Positions 1-10,181 of a stretch of 64,000 nt of DNA are shown in pieces. The position numbers and the translations under genes are program-made. The stretch is taken from contig CBEVQO010000009.1 of assembly GCA_965552055.1 (NCBI GenBank), forward strand, positions 17,202 to 81,201. The letters are read 5' to 3'. The stretch comes from an uncultured bacterium. GTDB lineage: Bacteria > Hydrothermota > UBA3073 > NMUJ01 > CBEVQO01. The number at the start of each line of letters is the position of its first letter. Positions within the stretch are counted from its first letter, which is position 1. Under the pieces are notes generated by a model, which did no database searches, was not told where the DNA came from, and worked only from the letters and a program-made list of their open reading frames with translations.

Positions 1-644
1 CTCTCAGCATCATGTGGCTGAGAACCAGGATACTGAGCACTATACCATGCACTAACTCCCCTATATTTATCCCTTAAAGCAGGATGATCTACATCAACAC
101 CCGTATCCATATTACCGACAACTACACCCTGACCTTTATAACCAAGAGCCCAAACCCATGGAGCTTCTGTTGTCTCTACATTCCATCTAACAGCAGCACC
201 ACCAGCAAAATAATCCATGGTAGAAGCTTCACCATAATCCTCACCTTTCTTTTCAGGAATCCATCTTTTCCATGCATTTAAACTTATAAGCTTAATATCA
301 TCCCTTTTTGCAAGGTCTTCGATCGCCCTCTTAGGAATTCTCGTCCAGAAACAGTTACCAGCAACAAATTGCTTAAACTCATTTACTCCGTATTTGTCCC
401 TCAAATAATCAATTATAGGTTTCTGCGTCCTGTATGCCCAATCTCTCAAATACGCTATTATTTCATCACCGGATTTAGCACCAGCAAAGTAACTCCTGTC
501 CGGAATACCCGCAGAAGGATGGATTATAACCTCTATCAATTCATCTTCGCCTTTCGTGGCCATTACTTTCTGTAAATCTTTGCTAAGCCTGGCTCCAGAC
601 AATAAAGAAGGTATAATTAAACACAAAAGAGCATTACGCAACAT
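1..644 (-). CDS. S8 (subtilisin-family) serine peptidase, secreted; 5' portion only, runs off window
   Basis: Not in the ORF track; manual translation from ATG at 644 (RBS GGAGGGGG): MLRNALLCLIIPSLLSGA signal, later WALGYKGQGVVVGNMDTGVDVDHPAL, the subtilase catalytic-Asp motif, in frame with the start. Confidence 0.85.
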   Translation of the reverse strand, partial: MLRNALLCLIIPSLLSGARLSKDLQKVMATKGEDELIEVIIHPSAGIPDRSYFAGAKSGDEIIAYLRDWAYRTQKPIIDYLRDKYGVNEFKQFVAGNCFWTRIPKRAIEDLAKRDDIKLISLNAWKRWIPEKKGEDYGEASTMDYFAGGAAVRWNVETTEAPWVWALGYKGQGVVVGNMDTGVDVDHPALRDKYRGVSAWYSAQYPGSQPHDAE

Positions 645-652
645 ACCCCCTC

Positions 653-1246
653 CTATTTTTCCATCTCTCTTATTATCTTCTTGTAAAATTTAGTATAGGT
701 ATCAAGTGCTCTTTTGGACTCCATTGCCTGCTCGGGTGTACCATGTTTCCTCATAATCTCATATCTTGCTTCAAGTAAGCGCTTGCGAGTAGATAATTTA
801 AGTTTCCTCAAATCATCGCCTTTCAGCATCTTGGCATTCCTGTGATATTCCGAAAGAATCTCTCTCTGCGCTTTCCACGCCATCAACTCGGCAATGTAAT
901 ATTTCTTTGCATCACGAGGATAGCCCATATCACCGGATATAACTCTCCTCGAAGCCATACGCTTCTTGGATTCATCTTCCTTAATCACACGGGTAACTTT
1001 CAGCCTCTTCTTCCATTCCATTAATTCCTTTATATCGGGTATCTTCGAAATGTCAGGCACCTCTGGCGTTTTTATCTTCTCACTGTCTATACTCTTTATT
1101 CTGGCTGTTATAGCTCCACCCTTCCACGGTATTTTCACTGCAAATTTTGCACCAGGACTGCAAGATTTGCACTTCTCAGAACTCCTTAAACCGGCTCCGA
1201 CCCCAACTAAAATAAAGGCTACTGCTGCAACTACAATATACCTCAT
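653..1246 (-). CDS. hypothetical exported protein
   Basis: ORF with N-terminal hydrophobic signal MRYIVVAAVAFILVGVGAG; RBS AGGAGGGGG; promoter at 1271-1297. Confidence 0.7.
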   Translation of the reverse strand: MRYIVVAAVAFILVGVGAGLRSSEKCKSCSPGAKFAVKIPWKGGAITARIKSIDSEKIKTPEVPDISKIPDIKELMEWKKRLKVTRVIKEDESKKRMASRRVISGDMGYPRDAKKYYIAELMAWKAQREILSEYHRNAKMLKGDDLRKLKLSTRKRLLEARYEIMRKHGTPEQAMESKRALDTYTKFYKKIIREMEK

Positions 1247-1298
1247 AAACACCCCCTCCTTTTCATCTCAATTATGAATATGCAAAAACTGTGTCAAA

Positions 1299-1973
1299 TT
1301 AGTCTTTCTCTTTGCCCTTCACTACTACAACTAGCTCACCCCTTGGTTTGTGCTCCTCAAAGTATTTTATTAATTCTGTCACTCTGCCCCTTATTGCTTC
1401 TTCAAAACGCTTGGTTAACTCCCTGACAACTACTATTTCTCTATCACCCAGCACTTCATATAAATCATTTAAAAATTTCGTTATCCTGTGCGGCGATTCA
1501 TAAAAAATCATTGTCCTCTCTTCATCCACGAGCTTCTGTAAACGCTTTTTTCTTCTGCCACTCCTTCTTGGTAAAAAACCTTCAAAACAAAACCTGTCCA
1601 TCGGAAAGCCCGATTTTAACAAAGCACAGACAAATGCAGTGGGCCCTGGAATCGGTATCACTTCAATCCCTTCTCTTATCGCTTCTCTTATAAGATAAAA
1701 ACCGGGGTCCTGAATGCCAGGTGTTCCTGAATCTGATACAAGAGCGATTTTTTTCCCTTCTTTCATCAATTTTATCAAATATTTTGTCCTCTCAACTTTG
1801 TTATATTCGTGATAACTTATCTGTGGTGTATTAATTCCGTAATGTTTTAATAAAATCCCTGTTCTTCGCGTATCTTCTGCTGCTATTAAATCTACGCTTT
1901 TTAAAGTTTCGATTGCCCTAAAAGTTATATCCTGGAGATTTCCTATTGGGGTAGCTACTACATAAAGTGTCAT
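1299..1973 (-). CDS. rsmI: 16S rRNA (cytidine1402-2'-O)-methyltransferase
   Basis: LYVVATPIGNLQDIT, AAEDTRRT, VSDSGTPGIQDPG, FYESPHR, RELTK motifs. Confidence 0.96.
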   Translation of the reverse strand: MTLYVVATPIGNLQDITFRAIETLKSVDLIAAEDTRRTGILLKHYGINTPQISYHEYNKVERTKYLIKLMKEGKKIALVSDSGTPGIQDPGFYLIREAIREGIEVIPIPGPTAFVCALLKSGFPMDRFCFEGFLPRRSGRRKKRLQKLVDEERTMIFYESPHRITKFLNDLYEVLGDREIVVVRELTKRFEEAIRGRVTELIKYFEEHKPRGELVVVVKGKEKD

Positions 1974-3901
1974 CTTTTGGGAATCATAACGATTTCGACT
2001 CTGCGATTTGCCGCTCTCCCTTCTGGAGTCGCATTACTTGCTATCGGACGAGCTGAACCAAATCCAACATAACGCAATTGCGAAGGTGATACCCCGCATC
2101 TATAAATCAGGAAGTCATAAACAGCTTTTGCTCTTGCTTCCGATAGTATCAGATTGTTGGGATAACGCTTCGTCCTTATCGGACGAGAATCTGTGTGTCC
2201 CCTTATTTCAAAAATACAATCAGGATGCTCTTTTATAAACTTTGCTACTCTATGTAAATCTTTATAAAATGTAGGTGGAATTATCGCTTCACCCGACGGG
2301 AATAAAATTCTAAGTAAATATCCCATTTCAAGAGTGACTTCCACTTTTCTTTCTTCTCCTACATCAACCGTTATTTCTTTTACACTCCCGGGTAAATATG
2401 GCTTTTCATGAGGATAAACATAAATATCGTAAAATCCAGGCATTAAGTTTTCTATAACAAAATTACCATCTTTATCTGTATCAACCGTCCCTGTCATCGG
2501 ACCTTCATACCTTATGGATGCTCTTACTCTCCTTCCATCAACTCCTTTTACTACGCCTGTAATCCTGCCTCTGTTTGCCATCTGTTGCACCACTTTAATT
2601 TCTGTTGGCTTCTCTTCTGGTTCTTCCTTCTTTTCCAGTAATTCTTTTAACCACTCAGGAGCTTCCATTTTGATTTCCGGAATTTCTATCTTTGGTTCAA
2701 CTTTCACCACTGGTTGAATTTCGGGCTTTTCAGGCGCTTTTACTTCAACGACAGGAGGTGGAGCTTTTTCTTCCTCCTCTCCCGGTTTTATCATCTCCAT
2801 ATCACATATAACTGTCTTTTTCCTCTCTACAGTGACTACTTTTTGCGAACGACGATAACCAGCAGCTTCTGCAATAACAGTGTAAACACCGGGAGGGACA
2901 TCTTTAAATTTGAAAACACCATATTGGTCTGTACGCTTTACCCTTTTCAGTTCTTTAATTTTAACCTTGGCATTCATCAAAGGTGTACCTGTTTTCTTAT
3001 GAAATACTCTTCCAGCAATCGCACCCCTCGGTACAAGTTCCCTCGTCCTTAATACAGGTGCTGATATAGAAAAGCCAGCAACTACCCTCCATGTGAGCTT
3101 ACCTGTCGGAATAGCCGTTATATGCATGGGTTGTTTAAATCTGTACCACGACATCCTATCCCATGTGGTAATAACCTGGGCTATATCAAAAGAGAGTATC
3201 TCAAGGGGTTTGAATCTGAATCCATAAATTAATTCTCCCAATTGTTCTTCAACTGGCTTTTTCAAAATATCACCAAAAGATTTACCCCAGACCTGACCTT
3301 CCACTATATAATCAACATATCTCGAAGAAATAGCTAAACCCAATCTTATAACCATAGGATTATCCGATGGATTTTCATATCCCACATTGATATTCATCCT
3401 GAAAGGTGTTTTTAAACTTATTTCCGAAGCATCAAAATTCAATATACCACAAACAAATCCTTTAAAAATACTGTCGCTCCAGGGCTTATCACCTATCGGA
3501 AGCGAAATGCCAGTCAGAAAACCTGCTTTCAAAACCCTGCTCGGCAAGAAATAACATTTGCCACCAATAAAAGAATTGCCACGACCACCACTCTCATCAA
3601 GCTTATTGCCCTCTCTGTCACTTACCCTTTCACCTATATAGGACATCAACAAAATTGCCTCAAAATATTTCAAAGGTGTAAATGTAACTCCAACATTTAT
3701 AAATGTCTCCCTTAAAGCACAATTCTCAACAGTATCTCCTCCTCTTACATATTCGCAACTTGCTTCATACAAATCAGCATGTGCATTTATTGACAGCATA
3801 GGACGCAAAGGATTTATTATCTTGCAATCAGGTGAATAAGTCCAGAATAATCCCTTACCTCCCCAATAACTTATCCCGAGTATGAGAAAAACTACCATCA
3901 T
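1970..3901 (-). CDS. OmpA-family outer membrane protein with carboxypeptidase-regulatory-like domains
   Basis: C-terminal EIRGHTDS...NLILSEARAKAV...NRRVEI OmpA_C motif; two TDxxGxF..PGxY CarboxypepD_reg-like repeats. Confidence 0.85.
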   Translation of the reverse strand: MMVVFLILGISYWGGKGLFWTYSPDCKIINPLRPMLSINAHADLYEASCEYVRGGDTVENCALRETFINVGVTFTPLKYFEAILLMSYIGERVSDREGNKLDESGGRGNSFIGGKCYFLPSRVLKAGFLTGISLPIGDKPWSDSIFKGFVCGILNFDASEISLKTPFRMNINVGYENPSDNPMVIRLGLAISSRYVDYIVEGQVWGKSFGDILKKPVEEQLGELIYGFRFKPLEILSFDIAQVITTWDRMSWYRFKQPMHITAIPTGKLTWRVVAGFSISAPVLRTRELVPRGAIAGRVFHKKTGTPLMNAKVKIKELKRVKRTDQYGVFKFKDVPPGVYTVIAEAAGYRRSQKVVTVERKKTVICDMEMIKPGEEEEKAPPPVVEVKAPEKPEIQPVVKVEPKIEIPEIKMEAPEWLKELLEKKEEPEEKPTEIKVVQQMANRGRITGVVKGVDGRRVRASIRYEGPMTGTVDTDKDGNFVIENLMPGFYDIYVYPHEKPYLPGSVKEITVDVGEERKVEVTLEMGYLLRILFPSGEAIIPPTFYKDLHRVAKFIKEHPDCIFEIRGHTDSRPIRTKRYPNNLILSEARAKAVYDFLIYRCGVSPSQLRYVGFGSARPIASNATPEGRAANRRVEIVMIPKR

Positions 3902-4824
3902 TTTTTATTCGTAAATTCCCGCCAGAAATTAATAACTCTTTCAAACTTAACTTCCTTCAAAGTATCACAAATAGATAAACTCTCCTCCTTCATCTCGTAA
4001 AGTTCCACTTTTTTCTCCCCAAAAAAACCTCCTTTAACACCATAAATCTCATATTCGCCCTTTTCAAGATTTGAAAATTCAATTACACCACAGGATAAAC
4101 CCGTCCTGTAAGCTTCACCATCCCTTGATAACACCACTATGCTCCCTGAATCGGCATAAACTTTTAAACTTAAACTCGGTTTTTCTTTTTCTCTCGTTAC
4201 AATAAATTCAAATAAATCACTCTTATTGCCGGACAAATCTTTTACCCAGAAAATAACCTGATGATACTCACCGGCATCCGGTCTTACGAACAAATTCACA
4301 TCACAATTTGAAATTTCACAAAAAGAAGAGCAGGAAGGCAACACAAGGAAAGAATATCCACTTATCTTCTCATTAAAAGAAAAGTGAAACACACTATCCA
4401 CAATAACTTTATTCCATTTTCTCAACTTTGTAAGCAAAACAGGTTTTGAAGTATCTTCCTTTGTACTTCCTTTTATCTTCATCTTTATTTCTTTCATCTT
4501 ATTTCCCGCAACATCTTTCACTTCGAAAATTTCTATAGCATAAATCGTGTCTTTCTGGATGGATGTTGAAAGCAAAACAGTTCTTCCATCACTCTGCAAT
4601 ATTGCACGGTAAATGTTTAATCCAGATATTTTATAATTTGCCGTATTCTCTGCACTTTCTTTATCAACTTTTTCGGTAAATCTCACCTTTATATGAAATT
4701 TATCAATTGCTTCCACTTTACCGACTTTTGGAGCCCATCTATCAGGCGAAGGCGGTGGCGCTTTCTTACCGCAGCTCAGGAAAAATAATATTAAGATTGT
4801 TTTCCACCAATTATTGCTCTGCAC
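3898..4824 (-). CDS. lipoprotein with Ig-like (Big_5-like) domains
   Basis: Lipobox FLSC, PPPSPDRWAP linker, VKDVAGN and VKDLSGN Ig-like motifs. Confidence 0.7.
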   Translation of the reverse strand: MQSNNWWKTILILFFLSCGKKAPPPSPDRWAPKVGKVEAIDKFHIKVRFTEKVDKESAENTANYKISGLNIYRAILQSDGRTVLLSTSIQKDTIYAIEIFEVKDVAGNKMKEIKMKIKGSTKEDTSKPVLLTKLRKWNKVIVDSVFHFSFNEKISGYSFLVLPSCSSFCEISNCDVNLFVRPDAGEYHQVIFWVKDLSGNKSDLFEFIVTREKEKPSLSLKVYADSGSIVVLSRDGEAYRTGLSCGVIEFSNLEKGEYEIYGVKGGFFGEKKVELYEMKEESLSICDTLKEVKFERVINFWREFTNKK

Positions 4825-6179
4825 CGCAAATAGGGTCCTCCTGCATCAACTTTAGCTAACTGCATCTTACCGCAATGACCTGAACCAAGGTCAAATTTAA
4901 AATCACGGGAAACTTTATCAACACTCTTCAAAACTTCAAATGCCTGCCCAGAAATCGTAACGCCTTTCAATAATTTCTTCAATTTACCATTTTCTATTTT
5001 GTATGCTTCCTGCACTCCGAACATAAATTCGGCATTCATATCCGCCTGACCACCGAGAGCACCTTTTAAAAAGTAACCTTCTTTAACTTCTTCTATCATC
5101 TCTTCGAGATCAGCATCACCCGGCTCAATATATGTGTTTCTCATTCTGATTATCGGCATATCCGAATATTCAAAAGCACGGGCATTGCCTGTTGGCTCTA
5201 CACCAAAAATTTCAGCAGTCTCACGATTATGTAAATAAGATTTTAAAATACCCCTATCAATTATTACGACCTTTTGGGCATTCACACCTTCATCATCCAC
5301 ATAAATTGTGCCTCCGGCATCCGGATAATCAGGAAGATTACCCGCATCACAAAGGGTTATTAATTCCGATGCTACCTTCTGTCCTATTTTATCTTTTACG
5401 ATTGAGCCAGATAAAACATGGTCAGCTTCCACTGTGTGTCCTATTGCCTCGTGCGCAAGCAAACCCACTATCGCAGGGTCAAGGATACATATAGCCTCTC
5501 CACCTTCAGGATAATCTGCTTTCAAAAGGTCAACTGCTTTTTGCACAACTTCTTCTATCAATTTTTCCTCATCTATTTTACCAAAAAGCTCATACCAACC
5601 ACCCGTTACACCTTTTGAAGTATGGTAAGTTGCCATCTCTCCGTTTGCACAGGCTACAGCAGAGAAATGAAATTCGGGCTTCATATCAAAAAGATGAACC
5701 TTAACTCCATCGCTCGTCATTATAAATTTTTCATCCACATATTCTCTGTAAAGAACATTCCCGGAAATTATCTTCTTTGACCTTGACCTTATCTTCTCTT
5801 CACATTTCAAAGCAAATTCTATCTTTTCATCAATTGGGTGATTCCTTACACTGTCTGTAATTTTAGCACTATAATCACCTGTAGCAAGATTTTTACTCGA
5901 TAATTTAACCTTATGTTTTTTACTTTCTCTTGATTTCTCTGCTGCTTTTATTGCGTTTTTCAGCGCTTCTTCAAGACCTTTTCTCGTTATATCATTTGTT
6001 GAACTAAAACCAAATACACCATCAACAAGAACTCTTATTCCTACTCCCCTCAATCTCAAAGAATTCGCTTTCTCAACTTTGCCCTTCCTCACCTGGATTA
6101 GTGTCATCTCCCTATCATGATAACGCACCTCTGTCCAATGCTTCGTTTTGTTTATAACATGTTCAAGCAGGTCAAACAT
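4791..6179 (-). CDS. tldD: TldD/PmbA family metalloprotease (TldD-type)
   Basis: HEAIGHTVEAD zinc motif, DDEG, GNAR, RMRNTY, C-terminal GHCGK. Confidence 0.9.
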   Translation of the reverse strand: MFDLLEHVINKTKHWTEVRYHDREMTLIQVRKGKVEKANSLRLRGVGIRVLVDGVFGFSSTNDITRKGLEEALKNAIKAAEKSRESKKHKVKLSSKNLATGDYSAKITDSVRNHPIDEKIEFALKCEEKIRSRSKKIISGNVLYREYVDEKFIMTSDGVKVHLFDMKPEFHFSAVACANGEMATYHTSKGVTGGWYELFGKIDEEKLIEEVVQKAVDLLKADYPEGGEAICILDPAIVGLLAHEAIGHTVEADHVLSGSIVKDKIGQKVASELITLCDAGNLPDYPDAGGTIYVDDEGVNAQKVVIIDRGILKSYLHNRETAEIFGVEPTGNARAFEYSDMPIIRMRNTYIEPGDADLEEMIEEVKEGYFLKGALGGQADMNAEFMFGVQEAYKIENGKLKKLLKGVTISGQAFEVLKSVDKVSRDFKFDLGSGHCGKMQLAKVDAGGPYLRCRAIIGGKQS

Positions 6180-6208
6180 TGCTCCCTTCCCTTTAATAAA
6201 AAATTAAG

Positions 6209-6281
6209 TCGGGGCGAGTGGATTTGAACCACCGACCTCCTGGTCCCAAACCAGGCGCGCTAACCACTGCGCTACGCCCCG
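6209..6281 (-). tRNA. tRNA-Pro (TGG), no encoded CCA
   Basis: Reverse complement CGGGGCGTAGCGCAGTGGTTAGCGCGCCTGGTTTGGGACCAGG...GGTTCAAATCCACTCGCCCCGA folds as a cloverleaf, anticodon TGG. Confidence 0.95.
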
Positions 6282-6841
6282 ACAAGATAGCACTTCAACT
6301 TATTAAATGCCAAAAATCTATGCGAAATCTTATTCTTTATCTCTATCAATTCCGCTAATGTCTTACCATATTCCGGGACAATGAAAATGGGGTCATAACC
6401 AAAACCACCTTCGCCACGCTCTTCAAAAGAAATATAGCCCTCAAGTACCCCTTCAAATATCAATGCATCTTTACCAGGAAATTTCAAAGCAGCTACACAA
6501 ATAAACCTGGCTCTGCGACGCTCTAAAGGAACTCCTTTTAACATCCTCAAAACTTTCCTCCTGTTATCCTCATAAGTAGCAGAATTACCGGCAAATCGAG
6601 AAGATAATAAACCAGGTGCACCAGAGAGTGCATCAACAAATAATCCAGTATCATCCGCAACAGTAATGCCACCAGTAATCCTGTGTAACGACTCTGCCTT
6701 CAAAATCGCATTCTCCCTCAAACTCAAACCAGTCTCACGAACAGCAGGCATCACACAGGTTAAAACTTCAATCTCCTCGCCCAAAATTTCCTTTATCTCT
6801 TTTATCTTGTCCCTGTTTTTCGACGCAACATAGACTCTCAC
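6272..6841 (-). CDS. rdgB: non-canonical purine NTP pyrophosphatase (RdgB/HAM1)
   Basis: ASKNRDK, ADDTGL, GFGYDPIF, KNKISHR motifs. Confidence 0.95.
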   Translation of the reverse strand: MRVYVASKNRDKIKEIKEILGEEIEVLTCVMPAVRETGLSLRENAILKAESLHRITGGITVADDTGLFVDALSGAPGLLSSRFAGNSATYEDNRRKVLRMLKGVPLERRRARFICVAALKFPGKDALIFEGVLEGYISFEERGEGGFGYDPIFIVPEYGKTLAELIEIKNKISHRFLAFNKLKCYLVGA

Positions 6842-7635
6842 AACTTTATCACAAAAGCATCCTTATAACCAAGCTTCCGTAAAACCTTCAATGCAGAACG
6901 GGCTTCATCCTCGGATAAACCATATCCCAGACCAACCCTCCACATAACCTTACATTTTAATATTATCGATTTTCCAAATTCGTCAACTAACTTTTTATAA
7001 AAATTTTTCGCCTTATTTTCATCATTAAAAACACCAAGCCTTAAACAATAAAATCCATCAACATAGTCAATATCACTTTTATATCCAAGTTTATCAAGAA
7101 CTATTTTCGCACCCCTTGCTTCATATTCCGAAAAGAAATTACCAAGATATAAAAACCACTTCTTTGATGTTAGCCCTGCATAAACAATATCTCCGAATTC
7201 CTTTTCAAGTTTGCGACAAAACTCATCGGCATTCTGGGGCTCAACAAACGCACCCAGCTGTATTACATAACGCGGAACTTCTTTCTTAACCTCCACAAAC
7301 TTAACGCTTTCTGCTTCAGAGGTCTCAACTTTTGCCGTCTCGTATTCAGTGGTCTCAGGAGAAATTATAAGTGTCTCGATTTTCACAACTTCTTTAGGAT
7401 GTTCCAGCATCTCTAACCTGTCCAGTATTTCTTTAAGACTCATTTTTAAAGTCCTTATGCTCTCCATCAATGCAGAAATCAAAATCGGTGTCGTATCAAC
7501 GGGCATCTCCACACTTTCAATAACAAGAGTGTCCTCTTCAGTAGAAACTTCTATCCCGGGTTGCTCAACATATTCAACTTTTTTAGGACCGCAACTTAAT
7601 GTGACAAAAAGTAAGGCAACTAAAAACTTCCTCAT
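6838..7635 (-). CDS. SPOR-domain lipoprotein
   Basis: Lipobox LSC; YVIQLGAF..NA and LRLGVF SPOR repeats ending GYKDAFV. Confidence 0.8.
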   Translation of the reverse strand: MRKFLVALLFVTLSCGPKKVEYVEQPGIEVSTEEDTLVIESVEMPVDTTPILISALMESIRTLKMSLKEILDRLEMLEHPKEVVKIETLIISPETTEYETAKVETSEAESVKFVEVKKEVPRYVIQLGAFVEPQNADEFCRKLEKEFGDIVYAGLTSKKWFLYLGNFFSEYEARGAKIVLDKLGYKSDIDYVDGFYCLRLGVFNDENKAKNFYKKLVDEFGKSIILKCKVMWRVGLGYGLSEDEARSALKVLRKLGYKDAFVIKL

Positions 7636-8204
7636 TTTGCTCTCACAATAAATGCATCACGATAACCTATTCTTCTAAGCATTCTCTTTGCCCCTATTGC
7701 TTCCTGCAATGTATAATAATTACCGACAAAAACTTTCCAGAAAGGTGCTACCCATTTCATAGAAACTTCAGCAGCTCCGAACTCCGATTGCGCCCTCCTG
7801 TAACACTTCAATGCATTGTCTTTCCTTATAAATGCTCCTATCTGAACCCTGTATTTCACTCCAGGGGGCTTCGGAGCCCCATATTCATATTCCTCACCAG
7901 GTGAAGGCGCCCGCTCAGGAGGTATTTCTTCAGCAGCTGCAACTTCGGCTTCGGGAACCTCTGGTTTTTCTTCCGCAGGAACTTCTACTTTTTCAACAAC
8001 TTTCACAGTTTCTATCTGCGTCTTAACAATCGTCTCAGGTGGCATAACTTCCGTAACCTGCACCGTCTCAACACTTGCCGGCACACCCGTAATCAGAACA
8101 GTATCCGCTGCTTTCGCAACGGGCTTCGCACGATAAGCACCCTTGGGCATACAACCAATAACTGCTCCCAGCACAAATATAACTACTGGAAAAATTTTCC
8201 TCAT
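7632..8204 (-). CDS. SPOR-domain lipoprotein
   Basis: Start reassigned to MRKIFP (RBS AGGGGG); lipobox IGC; YRVQIGAF...GYRDAFIV. Confidence 0.8.
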   Translation of the reverse strand: MRKIFPVVIFVLGAVIGCMPKGAYRAKPVAKAADTVLITGVPASVETVQVTEVMPPETIVKTQIETVKVVEKVEVPAEEKPEVPEAEVAAAEEIPPERAPSPGEEYEYGAPKPPGVKYRVQIGAFIRKDNALKCYRRAQSEFGAAEVSMKWVAPFWKVFVGNYYTLQEAIGAKRMLRRIGYRDAFIVRAK

Positions 8205-8214
8205 AACACCCCCT

Positions 8215-9240
8215 TTATAAATACTTCCTGAATTTTTCTTGCTTCGATAATTCAGAAACAATCCTTTTAACTTCCTGGGCTTTGCTCTTATCACAAACAA
8301 GCACAGCATCACCACTCCTTATCACAATCAAATTATTTACACCAAGTGTAGCAATAATCCCGTCAGAAGAATACACTATGGTATCACGGGTATCAAGCAA
8401 AACAGCATCCCCCAGCTTTATATTACCATCCTCATCCTTATCATAAATCCTCTCAAGCGATGTCCAGGAACCTACATCATCCCATGAAAAATCCGCCCTT
8501 ATAACCGCAACCCTATCAGACCTCTCCATCACCCCATAATCTATTGATATTTTCGGAAATTTCGGATAAAACTTTATAGGGTCTCCTCCTTTTTTTATCT
8601 CCATCAATCCCGAATATAAATCGGGCAAATATTTCTTTATCTCAGAAAGAATAACCTTAACCTTCCAGACAAACATCCCGCTGTTCCACAGATACTTACC
8701 GGATTTTAAAAATTCCTGTGCCTGACGAAAATTGGGCTTCTCCTTAAAACTCGCAACTTTATAAGATTTATCAGTCAACTTCTTACCAACTTCAATATAA
8801 CCATAACCTGTTTCTGGACGAGTAGGAACTATGCCAAAAGTCACCAAAAAACCCTTTTCCGCAAGATTTATGGCTTCTTTAACACATGTAAGAAACTTAT
8901 CAACAGTACCAATATAGTGGTCAGAAGGCAAAACAACCATAATATCTTCATCGGAAAGATGCACGGCAGCATAACCAATGGCTGGAGCAGTATTCCTACC
9001 CTCTGGCTCAAAGATAAAGTTAACACCTGAAACCGCTTTCCTGATGCCCTCTTCCTGTTCCTTTAAAGCAACAATCCAGATTCTCTCTCTTGGAATTAAT
9101 TTCTCAATTCTTTCAACTGTTTCAAGTATCATCGGTTTTTCACTGAAAAGACAGAGAAGTTGCTTCGGATGGTCAATGCGAGACCTCGGCCAGAACCTTT
9201 CCCCCCTACCTCCAGCTATTATAACAGCATGCTCCATCAT
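8215..9240 (-). CDS. manC: mannose-1-phosphate guanylyltransferase
   Basis: IIAGGRGERFWPRSR..PKQ, EPEGRNTAPAI, FKEKP, SIDYGVME, WDDVGSW. Confidence 0.93.
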   Translation of the reverse strand: MMEHAVIIAGGRGERFWPRSRIDHPKQLLCLFSEKPMILETVERIEKLIPRERIWIVALKEQEEGIRKAVSGVNFIFEPEGRNTAPAIGYAAVHLSDEDIMVVLPSDHYIGTVDKFLTCVKEAINLAEKGFLVTFGIVPTRPETGYGYIEVGKKLTDKSYKVASFKEKPNFRQAQEFLKSGKYLWNSGMFVWKVKVILSEIKKYLPDLYSGLMEIKKGGDPIKFYPKFPKISIDYGVMERSDRVAVIRADFSWDDVGSWTSLERIYDKDEDGNIKLGDAVLLDTRDTIVYSSDGIIATLGVNNLIVIRSGDAVLVCDKSKAQEVKRIVSELSKQEKFRKYL

Positions 9241-9290
9241 AAAATTTATCCCAAAATTCCAGATTGTCAATAATTTTTTTAAATTATTTT

Positions 9291-9367
9291 TAGCCCCGCC
9301 TCCCTGTCCCCACCACCCTCCTCACAACCCATATGTAATTAGCTCGCTTACGCTCGCATTAAATTTT
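9291..9367 (+). repeat. dispersed element copy A (minimal: left end fused to right end)
   Basis: TAGCCCCGCCTCCCTGTCCCCACC...ACAACCCATATGTA..GCTCGCTTACGCTCGCATTAAATTTT; both ends shared with copies B-F. Confidence 0.9.
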
Positions 9368-9371
9368 ACCC

Positions 9372-9398
9372 TTGACATCTTCTTATTTTTATTACAAT
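9372..9398 (+). promoter_or_regulatory. promoter TTGACA-N15-TACAAT, probably leaderless (ATG 9405)
   Basis: Direct read; ATG lies 6 nt after the -10 box with no SD. Confidence 0.7.
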
Positions 9399-9404
9399 AT
9401 TACC

Positions 9405-10181
9405 ATGATGCTTGCATATTTAATTTTTGGGCTTTTTAGACCTTTTAATTTCAATGTAGAATATGAATTTTCTGAGACGAGCGCTGTAAAATTTGAGCCT
9501 GTGATTGAGGAGATGATAGTAAAAATGGATTTCGGTAGTATCAACCTTAGCACATGGGAAAAGGATTACATAGAGGGAGAAATAATCAAAGAAGCAGAAA
9601 AAGAAAAAGACTTGAAGAAAATAAAACTCGAGAAAGAAAAAATAGGAAGCAGGGTAAAAATAAAAGTAAAAGGCAAAGGCAGAATCAAAAATGCAAGGGT
9701 AAAGGTAAACCTGAAAATACCGGAAAAACTCAAAAAGATGGAAACATCTATAAATGCTGGAAATCTAAATCTCAATGGTGAAAAATTCACATGCGAGAAT
9801 ATGGATGTAAAAATAAACGCAGGAAGTTGTAATTTATCAATCAACAATCTTAAAATTGCAGAATTGGGAGTTAATATAAATGCAGGAAATATGGAAATTG
9901 AGGGTGAAAAATTCTCATTCAACAATATGAACATCGAAATAAATGCAGGAAGCGGTGAATTGCATACAAAAGAAATATCCGGTAAAAATATGGAAATAGA
10001 AGTAAATGCAGGCAATATGGAAATTTATCTACCAGAAGATGAAAATATCGGAATAATTGAGAAAGAAGGCGTGAGCAGGGTCTCATCAGATTTGCCAATA
10101 TACACAAAAGATGTAGATAAACCTTTCAAAATAAAATTAGAAGTAAATGCAGGAAAAATAGAAATCCATAAGATTGAATGA
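9405..10181 (+). CDS. DUF4097-like beta-strand repeat exported protein
   Basis: N-terminal hydrophobic stretch; repeated (I/V)NAG(N/S) units with internal duplication. Confidence 0.7.
   Translation: MMLAYLIFGLFRPFNFNVEYEFSETSAVKFEPVIEEMIVKMDFGSINLSTWEKDYIEGEIIKEAEKEKDLKKIKLEKEKIGSRVKIKVKGKGRIKNARVKVNLKIPEKLKKMETSINAGNLNLNGEKFTCENMDVKINAGSCNLSINNLKIAELGVNINAGNMEIEGEKFSFNNMNIEINAGSGELHTKEISGKNMEIEVNAGNMEIYLPEDENIGIIEKEGVSRVSSDLPIYTKDVDKPFKIKLEVNAGKIEIHKIE

Noticed and set aside
84..575. Plus-strand ORFs 84..281 and 369..575
   Set aside because: Shadow ORFs of the minus-strand S8 peptidase
9291..9367. Dispersed element as a Rho-independent terminator or classical MITE
   Set aside because: No GC hairpin followed by a U-tract at the conserved left end, and no terminal inverted repeats or target-site duplication
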